DNA of 64,000 nucleotides, from contig NW_027361819.1 in NCBI RefSeq assembly GCF_039654945.1, forward strand, positions 1,674,001-1,738,000. Reading direction: 5' to 3'. The stretch comes from Dendrobates tinctorius (lineage: Eukaryota). The notes beneath the pieces are model-generated. The model did not search any database and was not told the origin of the DNA. It saw only the letters and a list, made by a program, of their open reading frames with translations. Positions 23,450 through 35,968 of this stretch are shown here, in pieces; position 1 is the stretch's first letter; each line of letters opens with the position of its first letter. The translations under genes and the position numbers were made by a program.

Positions 23450-23594
23450 TAAGTGCTTTCTTCCTAAATATGGATCAGCATCCCGCAATGAGCACAACCA
23501 AGGAGCTGTAGGGGTTAATGATCCTGCACAGACTCTCCACCCTTCTTATGGAAACAAACTTTTCCACTTTCATTTCCTGCTCTTTCCCACTACA

Positions 23595-25163
23595 ATGGCG
23601 TCTGCGGAGCTGAGGGAGGAGCTGAACTGCTCCATCTGCCTGAGCCTCTATACAGATCCCGTATCCCTGAGATGTGGACACAACTTCTGCCGCTCGTGTA
23701 TTGTGAGTGTGCTGGATGCCCAGGAGGCGGCTGGAGGGTATTCCTGTCCTGACTGCAGAGCAGAATATCCGGAGCGTCCGGCCCCAGAGAAGAACCGGAA
23801 GCTGAGGAACATAGTGGAGCATTTCTCATCTACTCAGCCTGATATGGAGGAGACCAGGATCTTCTGTACTTACTGTACAAAGTCTCCTGTACCAGCTATA
23901 AGGACATGTCTGCAGTGTGAGGCGTCTTTTTGTGAAGAGCACCTAAGCAGACACAGTAAGTCACCAGAACATATGTTAGTTGACCCCACTGATACACTGG
24001 AGGAAAGAAAATGTTCCCATCACAAGAAGGCTCTGGAGTATTACTGCCCGCAGGACGCGGCATGTCTGTGTGTGTCTTGCTGTCTGGTTGGTGAACACCG
24101 AGGACACCAGGTGGAACTTCTAGATGAGGCTTCTGAGAAGAAGAAAAAGGAACTGAGAAAATATCTGGATGAACTAAACCCACAAAAAGTAGAAATTCAG
24201 ACAAGAGTCCAGAATCTGCAAGATCATAAAGAAAATATCCAGGAGAAAGCCTCCGATAAGAGGAAGAACATCAGTAAGATATTTATGGACATTAAGGAGC
24301 AACTGGAAATGGCAGAAAAGAAAGTGCTGAGTGAGGTCTCCAGGCAGGAGGAGAAGATTATGTCCCAGATATCTGATCTGATCAAGAAGCTGGAAATACA
24401 GGAGGACGAGCTGTCCAGGAAGATGCGTCACGTGGAGGAGATGTGTGGTGTCACCGACCCAATAAGACTCTTACAAGAGGGTGACATTACAGTATGTAGT
24501 CATGGAGGTGATGAGGACACAGGAGGAGATGGTGGAGAGGTCAGTTCTGAGGAGGATCTGGATGAGGTTATGATCTCACTGACCTTACACCGATCTATGA
24601 GGGATATTGTCACCAATGTGACATCAGAGCTCGGGGTCCATGTCCCAGACATATTGCTGGATGTGGACACTGCTGAGAGATATGTGAAGATATCAGGAGA
24701 TCTGAAAACAGCAACAAAATTAGAAAATGAACAGAATAGACGAAAATCCCCAGGAAGATTTGTGGATTACCCCCAGGTGTTAAGCAGATGTGGCCTCTCC
24801 TCGGGACAACATTACTGGGAGGTAGAATGGGACCAAATAGGAGACTGTTCTATCGGATTGTCCTATCCCAGTATAGAAAAGGAAGGAGATAAGTCTGCTA
24901 TTGATTCTAATGATAAATCCTGGTGTTTGGATGTGAATAATGAAGAATATAATGTATGGCACAACTCAGTTGTATTAACCCTCAGTGTAAAGCCAACATG
25001 TCCAACACTTGGGGTCTTCTTAGACTATGAGGCCGGGCGTCTGTCCTTCTATGAGCTGTGTGACCCCATCAGACACTTACACACCTTCACCGCCTCCTTC
25101 ACTGAACCCCTACATGTCGTCTTCTGGGTGTATGATGGGGCCTCTGTTACAATAAGAAGCTGA
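23595..25163 (+). CDS. TRIM E3 ligase with PRY/SPRY (TRIM25/finTRIM-like), copy 1, 522 aa
   Basis: C3HC4 RING, two B-boxes, coiled coil and B30.2 (LDVDTA, HYWEVEW, LGVFLDYEAG). ATG assigned by alignment with the paralogs (ACAATGG). Confidence 0.93.
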   Translation: MASAELREELNCSICLSLYTDPVSLRCGHNFCRSCIVSVLDAQEAAGGYSCPDCRAEYPERPAPEKNRKLRNIVEHFSSTQPDMEETRIFCTYCTKSPVPAIRTCLQCEASFCEEHLSRHSKSPEHMLVDPTDTLEERKCSHHKKALEYYCPQDAACLCVSCCLVGEHRGHQVELLDEASEKKKKELRKYLDELNPQKVEIQTRVQNLQDHKENIQEKASDKRKNISKIFMDIKEQLEMAEKKVLSEVSRQEEKIMSQISDLIKKLEIQEDELSRKMRHVEEMCGVTDPIRLLQEGDITVCSHGGDEDTGGDGGEVSSEEDLDEVMISLTLHRSMRDIVTNVTSELGVHVPDILLDVDTAERYVKISGDLKTATKLENEQNRRKSPGRFVDYPQVLSRCGLSSGQHYWEVEWDQIGDCSIGLSYPSIEKEGDKSAIDSNDKSWCLDVNNEEYNVWHNSVVLTLSVKPTCPTLGVFLDYEAGRLSFYELCDPIRHLHTFTASFTEPLHVVFWVYDGASVTIRS

Positions 25164-26270
25164 GGCTGATGTCGTCCTCGTCACATTATAATGACATTAT
25201 TCCTTGTCACATGGACACATCTGTATATAGTGAGTTTTCAGCGGGACCCTCTAATAATACAATGTATATGGCGGAGTCATGAGGGGATTGTTCCTATTGT
25301 TTTTTCCTCTTCCCTGTAGATCAGATGCAGAATCAATGATTGAGCAGAATGTGAATATTAATGGGTGAATTGTCCTGAGACTGATAATTGTTATTCAGTA
25401 AAGGGTTAATCCTATCTGATACAGTGCTGGTATATAGCTGGGATATGTCAGCACTCTCTGACTCCCGGGACCCCCACCGATCCTGAGAATAAAGGGGCTG
25501 CAGCATTAGTTCAGCCTCCTGCACATCGGAGCTCTGGACTCCCCCGGTGCAGGAGCTGCAGTACGGCCGCAGTGGATGGGGGGCACATCGGGGGTCCAGA
25601 GCGCCGCTGTGGAGGGTAAACAGTGAAGGGACGCAGCACTAAGCTCTGTGGCCCCTTCATTCTCAGGGTCTGTGATATATGGAAAGTATAGACCATAAAT
25701 ATATAAAAGGTACAAATTCTACGTACAGGACTCTCACCTCCACCAATCCGCTCTTCGTCTGTGGCCCTTGAGGAGTTTCTGTTGTATTTTTGCTGAATAA
25801 AAAATGCAGCGTCTTGGACTATGTTCACACAGTGATTTTTTTTTCCACAGGAACAATCTGCTCTCCTGGCAGTAATAAAATTGCTTAAAAATCAGGTCTT
25901 GCTTAGTTTTTGTTGCATTTTTTCCTGTGTTTTTGTACATTTGTTTCTTGTGAATGCTGATAAAGTTCATAAAAAAAATTTAATTCACCATCAGGTTCTG
26001 GCACAAAAAAAGTTGCAAAACCTGATCCCTGCGTCTTTTCAGGGTTTTTCTATGACCCATTGCTTTCTATAGGTGAAAAACATTGGGAAAATGCTGAGAC
26101 GTGACCTGCTGCATCCTGCAAAATCCGAGGTATTCCACAAAATACTGAGAACAGACTGAGCCGTGTGCAGGAGAATTCTGACATCTCATAGACTTTGCTG
26201 GGACAGTAAAACGCAGCTAAAATTTGCATAAGAAAACCAAGAAAAAACATAACGTGTGAACATAGCCTTA

Positions 26271-26612
26271 AGGTACTGTCACACTTAGCGATGTACCAGC
26301 GATCCCGACCAGCGATATGATGCGGTCAGGATCGCTGGTACATCGCTAAGTGGTCGCTAGTGAGCTGCCACACAGGCAGATCTCACCAGCGACATCGCTG
26401 GGGACGGGGGTCGCTACTTACCTGTCACACTAGGCGATCCTGCGTCCTCCCGCCCGGCTCCACGCGTCGCTCGTCTCTCCACAGGAAGCGCCGCAGGAAG
26501 CGGACGACGAGAAACAGTCCAGGACGTTCTCGTGCGATCAGCCACAACCAGCGGGGGAGCGGGTCGTAGGTAAGTATCACACACAGAGATATCGCTTAGT
26601 GTGACAGGCCCT
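26271..26612. mobile_element. Harbinger-type MITE, family A
   Basis: AGGTACTGTCACACTTAGCGAT ... ATCGCTTAGTGTGACAGGCCCT with a TTA TSD. Confidence 0.85.
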
Positions 26613-27189
26613 TTACAGTGCTAGCAAAGTGGATGAGATTCACAGAGATTTTTTGCCCTCTGTGCTTCCTTTTTACGCAGCGTAATTTACGTGCGTGTTT
26701 CTGCACTCTGTCAATTCCTCTTGCGGCTCTGCTGAGTTTTGTGTAGATTTTCTCCATAGAATTGTATTACGGTAGATGTGGAAAATCTGTGGCATAAAAC
26801 ACATGATCCCATGACTGTGTCAGAGTTTTGTCAAATTCTAGCGAGTTTCAAAAACAAAGCAGCTTTATTTAAAGCATGACAAACCACAAAGACAAAAACC
26901 ACAAAATCAAAAATGTGATAAAAACACATATAAAAAGCCGCACTCCAAAATGTAATGTAGGTAATTAGTGCAGAAAATCTACAACATCAGAAACTCCCCG
27001 ATTCCTCCTCTCGGGCATGTGGCCTCAGGCTGAGTTCACACTGAGTTTTCTCTACAAGGATTTAGAAAGCGATTCTGCTCCTAAAACCTCATAGAACTCT
27101 GCGCAGTAGTGAGGTGGTCGTCCTCGTGTAGACGGCTGCTGCACCTGTGAAAGCCGACTCATTAAAACAATGGCGAGGCAAAAAATGAG

Positions 27190-28870
27190 AAAAGAAATGC
27201 TTGTGTCTCGTTGCCCGAAGGGTTTTATATTTCTTAAATATCATAGTTGATTTCTTGGGAATTATATTCTTTAGAATCGGATCACCACGGACAATGAACC
27301 AATGCCGGCATAATATCTTCCTAGCGGAGGCTCGGCCTTCACTACAGGAGGTGATGACACAAAATTGAAATTCAGCCATATTCTCAGTAGTTTTAGCATT
27401 TTTCCTCATCTAATCTCCTGTCCTTTTCTCTTTACTACATTCCTTCTGGGACGTCCGTCTGGTCTTCCTGTAGGCGTCTGTAAGGATATCTTCAGGGCGG
27501 CCATTAGTCAGAAACCTCTCTTTGTAGGCGACGTGCCTGTGTATTAAAGGCAATCTGTCACCGGAAGTTGGAGGCCTATGTAAATGGCCTGTGTCAGGTA
27601 CGATGGGCGGTGTTTCTTCTTTCTCCACCCCATCCGTGGCCCCATCCACGATCTTTGCCGGTATTAGAGAAGTTCAACTCCATAGTTCGCATGTGCACAA
27701 AGCAATCTTGCTTCGCGCACGTGCAGTATGCTTTGCCCAACTGCGGGCAAAGCCAAAAATCATTACAGCGCATGAGCCAGTACTCTATGTCCCGGAACAC
27801 AGCGAAATACTTCTGGAGTTGAACTTTAATACTGGCAAAGATCACGGACAGGGGCCACGGATGGGGTGGAGAAAGAAGAAACACCGCCCATCGGACCGGA
27901 CACAGGCCATTTACATAGGCCTCCAACTTTCGGTGACAGATTCCCAGTCCACATCTTAGGTGCCATTTTTTCTGATTCCCCGATACTGTCCGTATGGGAC
28001 ATGTTTTATCCACTCCAGGAGACAACCATCACATTCTAGAAAGCTGATAATATCCACATTTCTAAGTAATATATATGATACAATTTTGTCTGTAGGATCT
28101 TGTGTGATTGTGAGATCTAGAAATTGGACAGAAGAATAGGTCGGATTAAACACCAGACCTCACGGGATCAATGTCAATCACGGGACATAACATTCAGCTT
28201 CATGAACAGTAACTGAGCAAATGACAAATAAATCATCAATAAAAGGTTTATTAAAACAGATGTGAGCAATGAACAGGGACTCAAAATGCCCCAGTAACAA
28301 GTTTATATAACCGGGCGTGAAACGAGACCCCATCGCACAACCCCTCATCTGCCGGTAGGTCACATCCCCAAAGGAAAAATCATTGTGGTTCTAAATAAAT
28401 CTAATACCCTGGATCACAACCCCAATCTGATCCTGGGAAAGTTCTGTTATTGTACAAATATATTTCTATGTCTTCTCCACCCAAATTAGGCTGAATATTA
28501 GAGTCTAAAGATATTACATCTAAAGTGAAAATTACACAGTGAGATGGTTCAGATGTGACCGAATTCATCTATAAGATGGGAAGAATCCTGTGAAAGCGAT
28601 GGTGATTGTGAAAGAAAGGACGGAAGAAATAAATCGGTGTAGTGGGATAAATTCCAAGTGATTGACCCAATCCCTGAAATGATGGGACGTCTGGGGATTA
28701 CTAATATCTGTATGCAGGTTTGGCAAATAATAACAATGAGGTATTTGTATAGTTCTTTATGAATAACAAATCTCTGTCTTTTATTTAGAATTTCCGCCCG
28801 CTCTGCTGATAAAATCACATTCCGATACTGGATAAATGGCAATCAGAGGAAATAGTCTGATAATGTCTTA
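27190..28870 (-). pseudogene. Decayed Penelope-like element reverse transcriptase
   Basis: Fragments RPIISGIGS, YRQMRGCAMGSRFTPGYINL, FIDDLFVI, FLDLTI, VPYGQY and DPILKNIIP across several frames. Confidence 0.8.
27549..27946. mobile_element. Palindromic Kolobok/T2-type MITE inside the Penelope remnant
   Basis: Long inverted arms (AATCTGTCACCG.AAGTTGGAGGCCTATGTAAATGGCC) with TTAA at the left end. Confidence 0.65.
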
Positions 28871-30077
28871 TCCCCCGATATTCGCTGGGATTCAGAGATG
28901 TTTGCAGTGAGATCCCAGATAGCGGCTCCTCCACCTTCATCAGCGGCCCTTATAATTTATCCCCAGTGCTCCTTAACCCCTTCACGACATATGATGTACA
29001 GTTACGCCGTATGTCGGGTCCCTGCCTGTGATGGGGGATACGGACACAACGATTGTAATACACATGTAACGCTGAGGCCGTGTTCACACTTAGTGTAGAT
29101 GCTGCGTTTATTTGCTGAAGATGTGAATCCGCCTTTTTCACAGTTTTTAATGGTGTAGAAAAGCTTTGATTCTGAGCTTAAAAATGCAGCAGCGTTATTT
29201 TACATGCTTTTCTTTAGGCTCCAGATAGAAGTCTATAGAGGGGAAAAAGCACCAAAACCGCAGAGTTCAGCAGGGTCTTTGGACCACAGGGGACGAAGAT
29301 TTCAGGAGATCACGTTCACTTTGCTTAGACATTTAGACCATGTTCACATGTAGCAGAAATGTAGATTATTTTTTCAGCATAAAAATTCTGCTGTTTATCT
29401 CCAAGCAAAGTGGATGTGATTTTATGAAAATTGCGCCCCCCGGTGGCCTAAAGACGCTGCTGAATTCTGCAGATTTTGGAGCTGTTTTCTTCTCTTTTGT
29501 CTTCTATGTGAAGCCTAAAAAAACACAAGTAGAAAACCGCAGATACTTTATTAAGTGCAGAATCAAAGCTTTTCTGTACTATAAAAAACACATTAAAAAA
29601 GCGGCCTCTAGTGATGAGAGAATGTGTTCGGTGAGGTGTTATCTGAGCATGCTCGGGTGCTAGCAGAGTGTCTTCAGCGTGCTCCAAATATATATTAGAG
29701 TCTCCGCGGCTGTTAGACAACCACAAGACATGCTGGGATTGCCCATTTGTTAGACAGCCGACCTGGAGACAGCGGACAGTCCCGGCGGTCTACTGCCAGG
29801 GTAGAACGAAATGGTAAATGGGCGTGGTTAGTGGTGTGGCCATGGGCGTGCTCAAACGTAGCCATGGCGCACTGTGCACAGCATAATTTCTTCCTCTTTC
29901 TGTTTTTAAACAGTTGGGAATGCTGAACATGTGAGCGTGGCCTTAGACACAGCGGGCAGCAGTTCTCATGAAATCACATCCACTTTGGACAGTTAGGTCG
30001 TGTTCACACGTAGCAGAAATGCTGCTTTTTTTCTGCAGAAAATCTGCTGCGTTTAACTGTCCATGCAAAGTGGATGT

Positions 30078-30285
30078 TGTAATATCCACATGTTATGACG
30101 AATTCAAGGTATTAAACTTTAGATATGTTTTATTCTTCGTCCTCCAGCACACAGCATAACAGTTGCATTCCCATGCTACACAGAAGTGAAAGTGAAACTT
30201 CCCTTCTCATCCCTCTTGTCTCCACCCCCCAAGTCCCATAAGTCTGGCTTGCTTAAAGAGACAGATCTAATTATTATACATTACA
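30078..30285 (-). repeat. Gypsy 3' LTR (PPT adjacent at 30286-30305)
   Basis: Direct repeat of 34479-34686. Purine tract on the - strand. Confidence 0.95.
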
Positions 30286-30438
30286 TCATCCCTTTTTTTT
30301 TTTTTACTATAAATAACCCATATTACTGATAAATGCAACAACATGAAAACGTCCAAAGAAATCATATGTCCGTTTTGTCTTATTTGTTCAATTCAAAAAC
30401 CAGAGAAACAAACAAAAAACAAAACAACAAAACTGTAG

Positions 30439-33400
30439 TTACACTTCTTCAATAAGCCTCGGTGGAGCTCTTCTCTCTCGTGTAGGATAACGTCTGGGCT
30501 CATTGAGAGGGTTCATTATTGATGGACCAGCTACCTCTTGTTGGTTCTCTCCACCATCGGATACCAAATCTTCCACCAAAGAGAGTTCATTGTCATCATT
30601 CTGCGGTATGACTTTAAAATATGAAGAATTTCGCGTTATGGAGTGTCCATCTCGTTCAGCTGTGATCATGCTGCCTTTCCTTTTAGTAACATAATATTTT
30701 GTAGGACCATATACAGGAGAGGTCTTGTTGGTTGGTCTTTGACGTACCACCACGACATCCCCTCTTTCGATGGCACTTGACTGTGTCCTTCGCCTTCTGT
30801 CCGCATAACGTTTCATGGCTTGTTTGTTGGAGAAATCTGTGGATCTCACTGAGGAGTCACTCGGTCGGGGATGGCTGGTCACATCAGGGAGACGTATACG
30901 CAGGGTTCTGCTGAACATTAAATGAGCTGGAGCAGCATTAGTAGTGGAGTGTGGCGTATTGCGGTAATTACGCAGGAATTTGTATAATGACTGTTTCAGT
31001 GGGATGTGCTCCAGACTCGCTGCCTTGATACGTTTCCCCAGAGTACGCATAAAACGTTCCACAATTCCATTGGCTTGCGGCCAGCAAGGTGTGATTTTCC
31101 TGTGATTGAATCCCAAGTATTCAGAAAATTGTGTAAACACATGTCCATTGAATGGAGGTCCATTGTCTGTTTTGACCACTCTTGGAATACCATATGCCGA
31201 GAAAATGTCGTCCAGCTCTGGTATGACATTATTAGCAGATGTTGAAGAGATAAATGAAATGACAGGGTATCGAGAATATTCATCAATTGTTACGAGAATG
31301 TATTGGCCATTTGGCAATGGTCCATATATATCGACTGCCACTTCCTCCCAGACAGCAGTGGGTAACGGAGACATTTGTAATGGCTCTAAGTTTGATGAAG
31401 GAGTGATTAATTGACAAGTAGAACAGCGTCTAATCTTTTCTTCCACCAAGTGATCCATATTTGGGAACCACACTTTTTCTCTGAGTAACTTCTTTGTGCC
31501 AACAATTCCTAAATGACCTTCATGTGCTATCTGTATGACTAAGTTATGCAGTCTTAGGTACAACTAGTTTGGTACCTCGAAGAATGAGGTGTTCTTCAGT
31601 GACTGATAATTCCTCACGTACATTTGAGAATAGTTTTAACTCTTTCAGATCAATCTCAGAATCAGGAAATTTTTCCTTTTGAATTTCATGCCACCTTCGA
31701 TTTTGGATGATTTGTATTAGGGCACAGAGTGTCTTGTCTTTTGTTGTTTCATTTATAAATTGATCAAGAGAAAGTGCTTTTGGCACAGCATGATCTGTAA
31801 CAAAACGTAGGTATTCTTCAATGGAGGAATGCACAGGTATATCATCATTAGCAGGATGTCTTGAAAGATAATCAGCCGGATTGCTGTATTTTCCAGGTTT
31901 GTGAACAATTTTATAGTTGTAGTCCTGTAGACGTAGGCCCCATCGTTCAATTCGTGCAGGCATTTTAGCTCTGGGATTTCCAAAAATTGTAAGAAGTGCT
32001 TGATGATCTGTGACAATGGTGAAGGGAGCTCCATAGAGAAATAAGTGAAAGTGTTCACATCCCCAGACAACTGCCAAGCTTTCTTTTTCAGGTTGAGAAT
32101 ATTTTCTTTCAGTGTTTGTTAAGCTCTTACTTGCATAAGAAATGATGTGAGGATTTTGATTGTTATCCTTGTACTGCGCTAGAATAGCACCCAGTCCCAC
32201 GGGACTGGCGTCCACAATCAGTTCAGTTCGAAGAGCTGGATCAAAATAAGCCATAGTGGTTGTCGAGCAGAGTTCATTTTTAATTGTTTCAGAAGAGGCC
32301 TGACAGTCTTGAGACCATTGAAAAATACAACTTTGTTTTGTAAGTTCCCATAGTGGATTGCTGATTGTTGAAAAATTCGGAATATATCTAGCACAGTAAC
32401 TTGCCATTCCAAGGAAAGAACGCACTTCACTGGTATCCTGTGGAATTTAGGCTGTTCTGATAGCTTCCACTTTCTTGGGGTCTGGTTGTACTCCTTTTGC
32501 CGAGAAGATGTGACCATAGAATTCTAATGAACCCTTGTCAAACTCGCACTTCTCTTTGTTTAAAGTGAGTCCAGCAGAAAGCAGACATTTGAAGATAGCA
32601 TATAGAGCACGATTATGCTCAGCTTGAGTTTTACCAAAAACCAATATGTCATCACTGTAATTAAAGGCATTTGGGATGTGTTGAATGACACTCCTTATTG
32701 CATCCTGAAAAATTTCTGCTGCTGAGCAGACTCCAAAAGTCAATCTTTTGTATCTTCTGAGGCCCACATGGGTGGAAAATGTGGTCAAGTATCGGGACTC
32801 TGGACTCAGTTCTAATTGATGATATCCCTTATTGAGGTAGAGCTTTGAGAAGACGGTGGCTCCATTTAATGAATGAATAATGTCATCAATCGTAGGTGAG
32901 ATATGTCTTTCCTTCTGTATAGCGGTGTTGGGCAGGCACATGTCAACACACAGTCTCACTTGATCAGGAGTCTTTGGTTTTGGAACTACCACAAGTGGAG
33001 AGACCCACGGAGTGGGACCAGTAACAGTTTCAATAACGTCCTCATCCATGAGCAATTGGAGTTCTTTTTCTACCTTCTGTCTCAGGTGAAATGGAATACG
33101 CCTGTGAGGCTGGGCTACTGGACGAACATTGTCATCCACATGAAGGTGTACTTGAGAGTCCTTTAGTTTTCCCAAACCACTAAATAGGGAGGGAAAGCTG
33201 TTCACCATAGTTTGTACATCCATATCCACAGGGTCAGTTATGGTATGAATAACCTGGATGAGCCCTAGCTCCAAGGCAGTGTGATAGCTGAGAAGACAGC
33301 CTCCCGATCCTTGTAATGTGTGGAAAGTGGTTTTCTGCCTGTTTTCTTTATATCTAATTTCAGCATCAAATTGTCCCATTATAGCTAGAGGTGTTTTAGA

Positions 33401-34385
33401 TCCATAAGGAAAGATTTTAGTCTGCACTTGTTGTAAGACTGGCCTTGTTTTCAATTGTTCATATGTAGTGTCATCTATGATATCCACTGAAGCTCCTGTA
33501 TCTATTGTAAAGGTAATGTCAGTGTTGCAGATGGAGAGTGTAACACAGGGAGACTGTACTGAACCAGTGACAGAGGTAGTGAACACATAGTTCTCAGTCG
33601 CAGACATTTCTGTGTCCTGATTTATCACTTTTACATCTGCAGATTTTGTCATAGGCAGCGGAGGCTTGTAGTGCGCTGATTTGCAAACAGCTGCAAAATG
33701 ATTCCCTTTTCCACATTTACTGCAGGTTTGTCCCATAGCTGGACATTTGTTCTGGTGGTGAGGGAAATCCTGCCCACATCTATAACATTTCTTGTTTCTG
33801 GGCTTGTTTGTCTGGTAAATTTTTCTGTTTGAGATTATGCACATGTAATTTATCCCCATTCTCCATTACGGTATCCTGATGATCTGCTATTTCTATAGCA
33901 CGGGCCATTTTGAGCAAATCATGTAGAGAGATATCCTGCTGCAGAGCCTTACGCCTTAGGTTATTAGACGAGCAGGTGACAATTATTTGAGTTAGGATTT
34001 CATCATCTACATCTGTAAAGGCACATCCATGTGCTAACTCTTTCAGCCGTGTGACATAAGTGTCTATGGACTCTTCTGGAAGCTGCTTGGCAATCCTGAA
34101 TTTATATCTTTCATATCTGATGTTCTGTTTGGGGTTGAAGTAGCCAGTGAGAGCTTTAGTGCAGTTGCTGTATGTGTCTGTTTCTGCTGCAGGTAACGTA
34201 CTGTATATGTCATAGACTCCTGTGCCTGCACAATGCAGGAGCAAAGCTCTCTTTCTTTTCTCCTCCTTTATGTCCACGGCTTCTAGGAAATTCTCAAATC
34301 TGTTTAGCCATTTTCTCCAGTTATGGGAGAGATTAATGACATCAGTCATATCAAATTGTGGGAATGTGTGCAAGTAGTCAGCCAT
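30439..34385 (-). pseudogene. Gypsy gag-pol polyprotein, disrupted
   Basis: CCHC knuckle, IDTGAS protease, YSDD RT, RNase H VDASPVG, integrase HHCC and TDNGP. Frameshifts at ~33820 and ~31555, a stop at 32447, and KLDL changed to KLYL in RT. Confidence 0.92.
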
Positions 34386-34458
34386 GATAGAGTCTCTCAG
34401 TGGTGCTGGCGTGTGAAGCGGTAAAATATAGTCCGTACTCACAGCAGTAGGTGATTAT

Positions 34459-34476
34459 ATCCCATCCTCGTCGCCA
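34459..34476 (-). other. Primer-binding site complementary to the tRNA-Ser(GCT) 3' end
   Basis: TGGCGACGAGGATGGGAT, 2 nt after the 5' LTR. Confidence 0.8.
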
Positions 34477-34478
34477 GT

Positions 34479-34686
34479 TGTAATATCCACACGTTATGAC
34501 GAATTCAAGGTATTAAACTTTAGATATGTTTTATTCTTCGTCCTCCAGCACACAGCATAACAGTTGCATTCCCATGCTACACAGAAGTGAAAGTGAAACT
34601 TCCCTTCTCATCCCTCTTGTCTCCACCCCCCAAGTCCCATAAGTCTGGCTTGCTTAAAGAGACAGATCTAATTATTATACATTACA
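34479..34686 (-). repeat. Gypsy 5' LTR
   Basis: Direct repeat of 30078-30285. Confidence 0.95.
34589..34600 (+). promoter_or_regulatory. ISRE/IRF-E consensus in the LTR (also 30188-30199)
   Basis: GAAAGTGAAACT matches GAAANNGAAACT and overlaps tandem AAGTGA hexamers. Confidence 0.5.
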
Positions 34687-35968
34687 GATTTGATTTCATG
34701 TGACCTCCTGCCCGCTGTGGTCTAAAGACGCTGCCGAACTCTGCAGTCTTGGGGCGTTTTATCTTTATGAGGAGCCTGAAAAAGACACAAAAGACACAGT
34801 TGTATTTTTAATGCAGAATCAAAGATTTTCTGTTGTACAAAAACATAAAAAATGCGGCTTCGCACCAAAAACAATTAAAAGGGAAAAAGGCATAAAAAAC
34901 CCCCGGCAAAAACACAATAATCAGAGATTGTTATTGTGCAGTTTGGTGCACAAGTAGATAAGAAGCAACAGAGGAAAATGCAACAGTTACGCTACATGTG
35001 AACACGGCCGTACAGAAAGGATTGGAAAAATGGTTGTTAAAAAACGCAACATCTCACAAGAAAGAGAAACCTCATATAACAAAGAGGAAAAGTTCTCGCT
35101 CCTACAACTATGAATGAACAAAAATAATAAATGCACAGGTCCCAACCGTCCCTGATACGGCGGACAGTCCCGGATTTGGGTCTGCGTCCCGCTGTCCCGG
35201 GCGTCTCCTGAATGTCCCTCACCGCCCCTCTGACATCTGTCCGTGGTTCTCCCAGATGGACTATAACAGGTACATGGTTTATGGGGCTGTTCACATGTCC
35301 GTGTTTTTTGTGGGACGAGTGGTCTGCAAAACATCCGGCAACATGTTCATTTTTTAAACAATTTAAACTGAACAATTCACGTCTATGAGTCTGAAAAATA
35401 ATCACAGACGGTGTCAGTGCGACTAACATTGTATCAGACAGGAGAAGCTTCACCCTCATCTGTGAAAATCACCAATAAAACACTGATGGTAAAAACTGAC
35501 CGAACACTGATGAAAATGAGAACAAAACCACTGATGGACAACGGCTCGTGATTTCACTGATGTGTGAATAAGACCTAACGATGAGTCCTTCATCAGCCAC
35601 ATACAGCGTCGTCTGCCGGACACCATATGTATATTTCAGCCTGATAAAAAGAGGTGGAGATGGATTTTACTTCACCCAACTCACAATTTGTGAAGACTCT
35701 TCTTATTATGCACTGAAGTTTTATGGGTTATCTGCTTACTTCTCCTGCATCATACTGGTGGTGGATTATCTTCATAATAAGACCAGGTGGAGTCACTCCA
35801 ACTCCTAATCCTACACCAGATCCTCATGACTGATCAGTGATTTCTTTCTAAGTTGGATTCAGCAATGATCACAACCATGGAGCTGAAGGCTTAATTATTC
35901 TCACAATCCTCCTCCCTTCTTATGGAAAGAAACTTTTTAGCTTTTGGTTACTGCTCTTTCCCGCTACA

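Larger units (their letters stand above)
30078..34686 (-). mobile_element. Full-length Ty3/Gypsy LTR retrotransposon
   Basis: 208-bp TG..CA LTRs at 30078-30285 and 34479-34686 (one difference seen). PBS and PPT present. TSD GATGT/GATTT. Gene order gag-PR-RT-RH-IN. Confidence 0.95.

Noticed and set aside
23358-23594. 79-aa N-terminal extension of TRIM copy 1
   Set aside because: It starts inside a MITE, and the paralogs align from MASAEL.
33805-33830. Programmed -1 frameshift at A-AAT-TTA between Gypsy ORFs
   Set aside because: The downstream ORF is in the +1 frame and contains the gag zinc knuckle, so an indel is more likely.
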